Positions 1-6,431 of a DNA stretch of 15,280 bases are shown piece after piece; positions within the stretch are counted from its first letter, which is position 1; every line of letters begins with the position of its first letter. The translations under genes were made by a program, and so were the position numbers. This DNA comes from a virus, in IMG/VR virus record IMGVR_UViG_3300035670_002020; one strand, given 5' to 3'. The notes under the pieces were generated by a model. It was not told where the DNA came from, did no database searches, and saw only the letters and a program-made list of their open reading frames with translations.

Positions 1-127
1 AATGTTGTGGCATATCTTGGTTAGCAACAATCTTTACAGTTTTCTTTTTGCCGTCAAACAATTCTGCAATTACAACAAAGCCTGTAAATAGTTTTCCGTC
101 TTCGTGAGCTGTATTTACAATTCTTAC
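1..127. repeat. Terminal overlap copy 1, identical to 15154-15280 (circular-assembly overlap)
   Basis: Base-by-base comparison shows 1-127 equals 15154-15280 with no mismatch. The repeat lies inside an ORF that reads in frame through the junction. Confidence 0.95.
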
Positions 128-190
128 TAGCTCACTAGCCATTACATCAGGTAGTTCTATTGTTTGTTTTTTTGCTTTAGGTTTACTCAT
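1..190 (-). CDS. Hypothetical protein, N-terminal part of a 98-aa ORF spanning the circular junction (continues at 15153..15047)
   Basis: ATG at 190..188 overlaps the endolysin stop (ATGA). The frame is open to nt 1 and, after circularisation, continues in frame to TGA at 15049..15047 (297 nt). Product: MSKPKAKKQTIELPDV...EEDDEDFYDPEWFDGQ. Confidence 0.6.
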   Translation of the reverse strand, partial: MSKPKAKKQTIELPDVMASELVRIVNTAHEDGKLFTGFVVIAELFDGKKKTVKIVANQDMPQH

Positions 191-594
191 ATTCCAAATG
201 CCTTTCCGTTAAGGTCGCCTGCCTGTGTAAAGGATATATGCAAATGTGATACGTGAGGGTTAGACCCTTTGTAGACACGCCAAGCCCAATTTTGTCGTGG
301 TGAGGCTATTCGGTGTTGGTGAATAATGTAACTAAGTCTTTTGTCGCCTTTGAGTGCAATTGTCTTAATTTGCTCAGCAAGTAGCCAAGACTCTTTACTA
401 GATCCTTTAACAAGATCTGCGTCAATATCTATAGCACGAACCCACCCATTCTTATCTGGGTTGTGGTCTGATTTACGTGCGTTGTGTGAAGTGTCGCCTA
501 TCCAGCCGTCCGAGCGTTTATCGCGCTTAGGATACTTGGCGTTTATTTCAGAGCGTAATTGCTCAGCTGCTTTACTTAACCTTGGTTTTGGCAT
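187..594 (-). CDS. Putative endolysin, zinc peptidoglycan peptidase of the LAS/M15-like type
   Basis: 135 aa with SDGWIGDTSHNARKSDHNPD...AIDID...NPHVSHLHIS. This gives an H/D...HxH metal-ligand pattern like VanY/M15-type peptidases and actinophage lysin domains. It sits at the end of the tail module, where lysis genes normally lie. Confidence 0.6.
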   Translation of the reverse strand: MPKPRLSKAAEQLRSEINAKYPKRDKRSDGWIGDTSHNARKSDHNPDKNGWVRAIDIDADLVKGSSKESWLLAEQIKTIALKGDKRLSYIIHQHRIASPRQNWAWRVYKGSNPHVSHLHISFTQAGDLNGKAFGI

Positions 595-742
595 TAGGGT
601 TCATAGCTCCCATTGAAGCAGCTACGACAGCACCTAATACAGCTCTGTAATCAAGGGCAAAGTCTGTTGCTTGCCAAGCTGCTAGGAAAGCAATTGCAGC
701 TAAAGAAAATTGTTTATGGTTAAAGGATTGAAGCAAGTTCAT
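572..742 (-). CDS. Small hydrophobic protein (56 aa), possible holin; below the track cutoff
   Basis: Hand translation gives MNLLQSFNHKQFSLAAIAFLAAWQATDFALDYRAVLGAVVAASMGAMNPNAKTKVK. It fills the otherwise non-coding 595-719 gap immediately upstream of the endolysin. The hydrophobic stretches are short (12-14 aa), the start is uncertain, and it overlaps both neighbours by 23 nt. Confidence 0.3.
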   Translation of the reverse strand: MNLLQSFNHKQFSLAAIAFLAAWQATDFALDYRAVLGAVVAASMGAMNPNAKTKVK

Positions 743-944
743 CTTTTGTAAGTCCTGCTATTTCTGCTAACTTTTTGATAGCAGATTCTCTGGCTTCTTG
801 TTTGGCTTTATACTCGGCTTCAACTAATTGAAATGCGACATTGTCGGCTTCGCGTTGTGCAATAAATTCTGCTTTAGAATCGCCAGTCAATTCAATAACT
901 TTTTCGCCAACACCAATAAATATTTTTTCAGTTGCCATTGTCAT
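720..944 (-). CDS. Hypothetical small helical protein downstream of the tail fibre
   Basis: The track gives a 74-aa ORF. The second ATG at 938 is the better start, since TAGGAG lies 8 nt upstream. The product is charged and coiled-coil-like (AEYKAKQEARESAIKKLAE), with no recognisable family. Confidence 0.5.
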   Translation of the reverse strand: MTMATEKIFIGVGEKVIELTGDSKAEFIAQREADNVAFQLVEAEYKAKQEARESAIKKLAEIAGLTKDELASIL

Positions 945-949
945 ATCTC

Positions 950-1564
950 CTATTGGTTATATCCAAAAACTTGAATTGTGCCTGAAATATTTCCACCACT
1001 TACGGGAAAAAATCTTGCTTGGTCATAAGAAGTTGTCACTGTCATAGCACCACCACCATTCATATATCCATAATCATCTCTTGAATGCACCCAAGTTATT
1101 GCTGTATTTCTAACAGCAAAAGGGGAATACAAATCTATTGATGTATTAAAACCTGCATTTCCAATAATAAAAGTTGAAGAACTAGCACCACTATTTCCCT
1201 GACTAATTGTTCCTGCAAGATAAGTTGCATATTGTAAATTCCAACGATAATTTCCACCAGTTGAATTGAACGAACCACCAGTTCCAAGTCTCATACCTAA
1301 ATCACCTGAACCAGCAGTTCCTTTATAGATAATTTTGTAATTTTCATAAGTTGATGAAAAAGTTGCAGCAGGTAAATCTTGACTGGCTACTCCACTAAAA
1401 CTAGTTGTATTCAGTAAAACCATTCCAGCTTTTTTAGTACCAAGAGCTGTGTTCATAGCTGTATCTATGTCTTGACCAAGCGTGGCAATAGCCGTAGCGC
1501 CGTCTTTAACAAGGTCTGTGCTTTGAGGAATATCAAAGCCATAATTGGTCGTAGTAGTTGCCAT
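950..1564 (-). CDS. Tail fibre / receptor-binding protein
   Basis: 204 aa, rich in Gly/Ser/Thr/Asn and beta-type sequence. The N-terminus NYGFDIPQSTDLVKDGATAIATLGQDID resembles the conserved N-terminal motif of actinophage minor tail/fibre proteins (from memory). It is the last gene of the tail module. Confidence 0.6.
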   Translation of the reverse strand: MATTTTNYGFDIPQSTDLVKDGATAIATLGQDIDTAMNTALGTKKAGMVLLNTTSFSGVASQDLPAATFSSTYENYKIIYKGTAGSGDLGMRLGTGGSFNSTGGNYRWNLQYATYLAGTISQGNSGASSSTFIIGNAGFNTSIDLYSPFAVRNTAITWVHSRDDYGYMNGGGAMTVTTSYDQARFFPVSGGNISGTIQVFGYNQ

Positions 1565-1584
1565 TGTTCTAGTTTATCCTTTTC

Positions 1585-2814
1585 TTAAATAACGTCAAGC
1601 CAACGAGTTGTATTGTCTAAATTCTGCCATTGGATCAAAGCGTTGTAGTCTTCCCATTGTACGTCAAGTGTTGAGTAGATTGAGTTAGATACAGACATTG
1701 TTAGCTCTAAGTTTCTGCGTCCTAGTGTCCAAGTCCAGCCCTCAACAAAGCCCTCAAAATAGCCCTCGGCTATTAAACCTATTGGGATATTGTCTAAATA
1801 TAAAAGGGTATCCATTGTGACACCTAGCAGATCATCACGAACAGTATTAGTCATTCCGTCATTGGCAAGGTTTACAGATATTGCTTCTAATGACGTTCTT
1901 GGTGTTCCACGATAATTAACAAAGTTTACAGCTTGTTCTTGGGCGTCTAATTGTTGTGCCAATATAGTGCTTCTGATTTCTTGTAACAAACCATAGTTAT
2001 TTATTGACGTATCGTTTTGAGCTGCTTCCTCTGCTATTGGGTCGTCATATTGAATAATTACGCTGTTAGTAATATCTGCTGTTTGTAGTCTTGTTTGTAT
2101 GTCAGCATTAACTAAATCTGCATTAAGTTCTATTAAGTTAGTTGCGTAGTTTTCGCTTCTGCGTTCAGCGTCAGCGTAACCAATCTCAAAGTCGGCTGTA
2201 TCGTATAAGTATCCTAAGCCTGATTGTTGGGTTAAATCTGTTAGGTTTGAGGCTTGGTCTATTTCAGGGTTTCTAGCTAGTACTTCGTAACGTCCAGCGT
2301 CAATTGTGTCTATGCCTTGCACACCATAGTTAGCCCAAGTTTCGGTAGTAAAATCGTTCCAAGTAAGTGTGTTACTTAAATCTTCCCAAGCAACAAACAA
2401 AGTTTCTTCTAGTATTCGTTGTATTCGTGCGCCGTCTAATTCTTCTGGGTAACTAACTGCGCCTGCTGTTCTTTTAACAAGTAAACCAAGTGCACCTATT
2501 GCTTGTATTTGTAATGTGTTAGGTTCACCACCTAAACCAGCACCATTAAAACTATTGTAAACACCTGAAACTTCACCCGTGAATAGTTTTATATATGATC
2601 CTAATGAATCAGTAACTTCTATGAGTACTGTGTCAAGTAGTTCAACTACTGGGCTTGCGCCGTCAAGGTTTAATAATTCTATATTGCAATAACTTGGTTG
2701 CGTTGGCTCAAAGAAATCATTACGACCATAAGTAATTGTGCCACCACTAAGAATTACGGAAGTTTGTACGACTCCAGCAATTGTTACCCTATAAGTTGGT
2801 GTGTAAACTGTCAT
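1585..2814 (-). CDS. Distal tail protein-like minor tail protein (Dit-like, extended)
   Basis: 409 aa, immediately downstream of the tape measure, which is the canonical Dit position. The N-terminus is beta-rich (YRVTIAGVVQTSVILSGGTITYGRNDFFEPTQP). An AAAGGA SD precedes the next gene. Confidence 0.5.
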   Translation of the reverse strand: MTVYTPTYRVTIAGVVQTSVILSGGTITYGRNDFFEPTQPSYCNIELLNLDGASPVVELLDTVLIEVTDSLGSYIKLFTGEVSGVYNSFNGAGLGGEPNTLQIQAIGALGLLVKRTAGAVSYPEELDGARIQRILEETLFVAWEDLSNTLTWNDFTTETWANYGVQGIDTIDAGRYEVLARNPEIDQASNLTDLTQQSGLGYLYDTADFEIGYADAERRSENYATNLIELNADLVNADIQTRLQTADITNSVIIQYDDPIAEEAAQNDTSINNYGLLQEIRSTILAQQLDAQEQAVNFVNYRGTPRTSLEAISVNLANDGMTNTVRDDLLGVTMDTLLYLDNIPIGLIAEGYFEGFVEGWTWTLGRRNLELTMSVSNSIYSTLDVQWEDYNALIQWQNLDNTTRWLDVI

Positions 2815-2818
2815 AGGT

Positions 2819-4093
2819 TTATCTAAAGCCGAAGTTGAAAGGTTTTATACCTGTTGTTTTAAGTGCTGTGTTTTGCACTTTAGTAATTGTTCTAGCTGTG
2901 CCTTGTGGGTCTATTGCACCTCTGACGTTGTTGTTAATTACAACTGTTGGCTTTTGTGTGTTAATTCCTACCAAGCCTTGTACTTTGCCTGATAGTGGGG
3001 CGTCTGGGGCAAATTGACCTGTTGCGCTTGCAAATTGTCCAATAAGTGAATTATCAAAGGCTTGCTTAAAATCTCTAAACTTTTGTACAGCTGAGTCAAT
3101 CTTTGCAAATAAACTATCTAAACCATTCACCATTGCTGTTAATAAGTTAATAAATCTTACAAAGCCTGATTCTGAACCTGTGGAAGAATCAAATTGTCCG
3201 GCTAAAGTTCCAAGACCTGAACCAAGGTCACGTAAAGCTGTGCCGAGATTATAACCGGCGTTTTCAGCGTTGTTTGTCTTTTCCTCAAACATTCCAAGGC
3301 TTGGGACAACTGCTTTCTTTTTACCTGTTAAGCCGTCTACGATTCCTTGTAATGCTGGGGCAAGTATGTCTGTTGCAAACTTTGCAAATCGTTCTAACAA
3401 TGGTAGTAGTGCTTGACCTAAACTTTCTTTGGCTTCATCTATTGCTATCTTAAATCTTGCAAGGCGACCAGCAAAAGTATTAGCAGCTGCGTCAGCTTGT
3501 CCCTCAAAAGTTTCAGATAAAGCAATAACGGCTTTATCAAAGTCCTTAGTTTTAACAATATTTTCATCAAGAGGCACACCGATACGCTTTAATGCACCAA
3601 GGTTGCCGTCATAGGCTTTACCTAATGCTTCTGTAACTGTGGCTAAATCTTTACCTGTACCAGCTGCAATATTTAATGCAAGTTGTTGTAGTTTTTGTGC
3701 TTTAGTAACGTCTTGTGTTGATCTAACAAGTCTGTCAAGGCTTGGACGTAATTGGTCGTCTGCTACACCTGTAGCGCGTGCTGTTTTGTCAATGTAATCT
3801 TCTGTGGCTTTAACTTGGGCGTCTGTAGCTTTTGTAACGTTTTTAAGTGTTTGTGCTAAAGATATTTGGGCTTTCTCATCTTCAATAGCTGCTTTAACGG
3901 CGTCTACACCGATTTTGATAGCTGCAACGCCAGCAGCTGCACCAAGAGCTGCAAAAGCAACAGCACCTTTTTTAAGTGCGCTACCTAACTTATCTGAAAA
4001 TGTACGTGTTTCTTTATCGGCTTTATCTAGTCCGTCTATGAATTGTTTAGTGTCAGCAAGTAACGCTAGTTTAAGCGTCCTAATGTCAGCCAT
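2819..4093 (-). CDS. Tape measure protein (about 424 aa)
   Basis: Ala/Leu/Lys-rich helical protein with a hydrophobic segment (GAVAFAALGAAAGVAAIKIG), located after the chaperones and before the distal tail genes. I prefer ATG at 4093 (TAATG overlap with the upstream stop) over the track's TTG at 4111. Confidence 0.75.
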   Translation of the reverse strand: MADIRTLKLALLADTKQFIDGLDKADKETRTFSDKLGSALKKGAVAFAALGAAAGVAAIKIGVDAVKAAIEDEKAQISLAQTLKNVTKATDAQVKATEDYIDKTARATGVADDQLRPSLDRLVRSTQDVTKAQKLQQLALNIAAGTGKDLATVTEALGKAYDGNLGALKRIGVPLDENIVKTKDFDKAVIALSETFEGQADAAANTFAGRLARFKIAIDEAKESLGQALLPLLERFAKFATDILAPALQGIVDGLTGKKKAVVPSLGMFEEKTNNAENAGYNLGTALRDLGSGLGTLAGQFDSSTGSESGFVRFINLLTAMVNGLDSLFAKIDSAVQKFRDFKQAFDNSLIGQFASATGQFAPDAPLSGKVQGLVGINTQKPTVVINNNVRGAIDPQGTARTITKVQNTALKTTGIKPFNFGFR

Positions 4094-4560
4094 TATAAAC
4101 CTGCTTTCCAAGCGTCTCTAATACGTTCATAACCTTTAAGCCATTCCTGAGCAATCGTTGGTTGAAATCTTGACATTGCACGATACAACCACCAACCCTC
4201 TTTACCACCCTTGCCAGAGCGTCTAGGGAACTGTTTGTATTGCTTTGATCCAAATTCATTACCCATTATCACATAACCAGCACTAAAAGCACTAGAGCCA
4301 ACTTTACGATTACCACCAATACTAAAACTTGGTGCTTTATCTGATTTAGATATTTTAATTGAGTCAGCAACGGCTTGTGCTTGTTTAACATTGTAAGGCG
4401 CATTACTAGCTGCACCTTTAGCGTAGTTAGCACCACGTTCTGCTAAAGCACTAGCAATTTGTTTCATATCTTTTTTAGCTATATCGTCCATTTTACTAAA
4501 TGCACGAAGAAGCCCACGATAGTCTTTATCAACTTTAACTAATTGAATTGCTTTAGCCAT
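4093..4560 (-). CDS. HK97 gp10-like tail-component / neck protein
   Basis: 155 aa. The motif GYVIMGNEFGSKQYKQFPRRSG...WWLYRA resembles the YA..vEfGt....PFl.pA core of the HK97 gp10 family (PF04883, from memory). The position between GT and the tape measure is atypical. Confidence 0.45.
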   Translation of the reverse strand: MAKAIQLVKVDKDYRGLLRAFSKMDDIAKKDMKQIASALAERGANYAKGAASNAPYNVKQAQAVADSIKISKSDKAPSFSIGGNRKVGSSAFSAGYVIMGNEFGSKQYKQFPRRSGKGGKEGWWLYRAMSRFQPTIAQEWLKGYERIRDAWKAGL

Positions 4561-4962
4561 TATTGCGCTCGTTCAATACGTCTATAGCTGTAGCCCATAT
4601 TTCGGGTTCGGCATTGAGCCAATAATCGGGTGTTATCCCAGTTGCTATTGCTAGTTCTACTGCTGTTCGCCCGATACTTCGGGCTTGGTAAAATTTGCTG
4701 TCTCAAAATCAGAAGCTGTAATATCGGTGACTTTACTTTTCCAAGTGTCAAAGTTCTCAACTTTTTTGGTAATGCGTTGTTGCATTTTGTGAGCCAAGAA
4801 TAGAAGAAGTGTGTTACTTGGTGTGCTTTCTTCAATAAGTATTTTAACAATTGACTTGCCGTTATATAGTTCTTTTTCTGCAAGTGATAGTTCAATTGGT
4901 CTAGTCCATTCATCAAACTTTTCACCTGTTTCTAATTCCCACGTTAATTTTAGTTTAAGCAT
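4553..4962 (-). CDS. Tail assembly chaperone GT-like product via programmed -1 frameshift (about 136 aa)
   Basis: From AAATTTT (4696..4690) the -1 frame stays open for 45 more codons to TAA at 4555..4553. The extension reads ...YQARSIGRTAVELAIATGITPDYWLNAEPEIWATAIDVLNERNNG and ends with an 8-nt overlap on the next ATG. This removes the 97-nt gap that would otherwise be non-coding. Confidence 0.65.
4657..4962 (-). CDS. Tail assembly chaperone (G-like, zero-frame product)
   Basis: 101-aa acidic protein directly after the major tail protein. The SD is AGGGG 7 nt before the ATG. A slippery heptamer lies near its 3' end. Confidence 0.7.
   Translation of the reverse strand: MLKLKLTWELETGEKFDEWTRPIELSLAEKELYNGKSIVKILIEESTPSNTLLLFLAHKMQQRITKKVENFDTWKSKVTDITASDFETANFTKPEVSGEQQ
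4669..4684 (-). promoter_or_regulatory. Frameshift-stimulating stem-loop (GCCCGA-AGTA-TCGGGC)
   Basis: Perfect 6-bp GC-rich stem with a 4-nt loop, starting 5 nt downstream of the slippery heptamer. This is the canonical spacing. Confidence 0.5.
4690..4696 (-). promoter_or_regulatory. -1 ribosomal frameshift slippery heptamer A_AAT_TTT
   Basis: The minus strand reads GCA AAT TTT in the G frame, so the X_XXY_YYZ phasing is correct. Confidence 0.65.
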
Positions 4963-4990
4963 TTGTGTGCCCCTGTTCTGTTTGTTGTTG

Positions 4991-5398
4991 TTACGCTGTT
5001 AGGTCTTCGGTTGGAATACCTACAACTTGTAGTGATACTGAACAAGTTTGTGCGTCTGCACCTGAAGCAGTAACCGGTGGGTATTGTGGTAATACTGTAC
5101 CAGTTAAAGTTACACCTGTTGTCAATGTCAAAACAAAAGCCAGAGCTGTGTCTGGTGCTGACTCGGTTGCGTCCCAAAGTGCTTTATATAAGCTGTCTGG
5201 GCTTTTACCTGCGTCATTCAAGAAATTAATATCTAGAGTGACGTTTGAGTCAATGTATTTGTATGCTTTTCCTGCAAGAGTGTCAAAAGTTAAACGTTCG
5301 GTATCAAAGTTGATAGCAGAATCTAAAATTTGTTCACTATAGTTTTTTGTAGCAATAGTTAAAGTTAAACTACGACCACTTAAAATAGTTGTTGCCAT
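4991..5398 (-). CDS. Major tail (tube) protein
   Basis: 135 aa, beta-rich, with a strong SD (GAAAGGT). It lies immediately upstream of the G/GT chaperone pair and after the connector genes. Confidence 0.6.
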   Translation of the reverse strand: MATTILSGRSLTLTIATKNYSEQILDSAINFDTERLTFDTLAGKAYKYIDSNVTLDINFLNDAGKSPDSLYKALWDATESAPDTALAFVLTLTTGVTLTGTVLPQYPPVTASGADAQTCSVSLQVVGIPTEDLTA

Positions 5399-5410
5399 TT
5401 CGTACCTTTC

Positions 5411-5782
5411 TTAGCCTGTGTAGGCTGTTTGTAGTTGTATTTCAGCAGTTAATAGATCAGTACTATTAGTGCTTCTAATTCTTGGGCTACTTACAGACAA
5501 TATTATCCAAGTTGTCGGCAAGAGTCCTAGAATTGTTTCTATATCGTCTTCCAAGTTTGTTAGCGCGCTTGGGTTAGAATACGTTGTACTAACAACTTCT
5601 AATGTTAGTCTTACGTAATAGTTTTTGCTATTGCCTATAACCATTGGTTCAAGGTATGGGTCACTAGCTAAAATTAGGCAGGCTGGGGGAATAATAATTT
5701 CTGGTACGTGATCATAAACAGAATACTTTGTATTTGAGGTGATTGCTGTTTTAAGTCCTGAACGTAGCGTACTTAACGGCAT
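5411..5782 (-). CDS. Tail terminator / head-tail joining protein (DUF3168-like)
   Basis: 123 aa. The pattern LKTAI...VYDHVPE...PPACLILAS...YVRLTLEVV resembles DUF3168-type tail terminators (from memory). The position just before the major tail protein fits. Confidence 0.45.
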   Translation of the reverse strand: MPLSTLRSGLKTAITSNTKYSVYDHVPEIIIPPACLILASDPYLEPMVIGNSKNYYVRLTLEVVSTTYSNPSALTNLEDDIETILGLLPTTWIILSVSSPRIRSTNSTDLLTAEIQLQTAYTG

Positions 5783-5784
5783 AA

Positions 5785-6363
5785 TTAACCTACTTGACTA
5801 TTAGAGTCAATATATTTACTAATTAAACCTGTAACTTTGTACAAAAGGGTTCTGCCCATACGATATGGGGCTGGTGTGTAATCAAGGGCTTGTTGTGTGC
5901 CACCTGCAGCTAGTCTTGATTGGAATACGTCTACAGCAATTTGTAGCACAGCTTCTTCAACAGCTGCTACGCCGTCATATTGTGATAAATCGTTTTCAGC
6001 TGCAATACCATTAGGTATAACGTTGTAATATTCGGTGTGAATTGGTGCGCCTGTTGTTGTAATTCTAAAAGTGTATGGATCAACTATATCTGAGATTGTT
6101 TTATTGCCGTTTACGTGTGCTTCAACACCTGATATGGCTATTGTTTGTCCGTCATAAAATTGGTGTGGTCTTGTTGTGTGTATTGTTGTTGTGGTTGCTG
6201 TTTCTGAATAGTGTTTATCTATTCCAACTTTCCATTGAATAAGAAAGTCACCTATTGCGTCTTCTGCTGTGTTAATTATTGCGTTTAGTGCTGTGTCATC
6301 ATAGAGAGTATTTGGAACGCCAAGTACAGCTCTTAACTGAGCTGCTGTTACTAATTCTGGCAT
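5785..6363 (-). CDS. Head-tail adaptor (gp6-like connector) with an internal insertion
   Basis: The N-terminus AQLRAVLGV...DDTALNAIINTAEDAIGDFL and the C-terminus AVLQIAVDVFQSR...YRMGRTL match the gp6/Phage_connect_1 pattern. An extra beta-rich segment of about 80 aa lies between them. The SD GAGAGG is 7 nt upstream. Confidence 0.6.
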   Translation of the reverse strand: MPELVTAAQLRAVLGVPNTLYDDTALNAIINTAEDAIGDFLIQWKVGIDKHYSETATTTTIHTTRPHQFYDGQTIAISGVEAHVNGNKTISDIVDPYTFRITTTGAPIHTEYYNVIPNGIAAENDLSQYDGVAAVEEAVLQIAVDVFQSRLAAGGTQQALDYTPAPYRMGRTLLYKVTGLISKYIDSNSQVG

Positions 6364-6383
6364 TTTATTTCCTCTCGTTTAGG

Positions 6384-6417
6384 GTGAGGCTAGCCACAGG
6401 GGCGAGACTAGCCTCAC
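6384..6417 (-). terminator. Strong stem-loop just downstream of the capsid gene (10-bp perfect stem, 14-nt loop; no U-tract)
   Basis: GTGAGGCTAG...CTAGCCTCAC perfect inverted repeat, extendable by G-U and C-G pairs, within the 68-nt gap between the capsid stop and the adaptor start. It could be a partial or I-shaped terminator, or an mRNA-stabilising hairpin. Confidence 0.5.
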
Positions 6418-6431
6418 GTCTTAGTGGTTTA

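Noticed and set aside
1-127. The terminal repeat as a biological DTR, LTR or transposon end
   Set aside because: It is an exact k-mer-length (127 nt) overlap located inside a continuous ORF. No flanking non-phage sequence, inverted ends or target-site duplication is present.
4560-4925. 121-aa minus-strand ORF overlapping the tail chaperone gene, tempting as the frameshift (T) partner
   Set aside because: It is in the +1 frame relative to G and has an implausible basic, low-complexity sequence. The correctly phased AAATTTT site and hairpin lead into the other (-1) frame, which is open to 4553.
4950-5177. 75-aa ORF overlapping the major tail protein gene
   Set aside because: It is an alternate frame with a Cys/Arg/Asn-rich nonsense-like translation.
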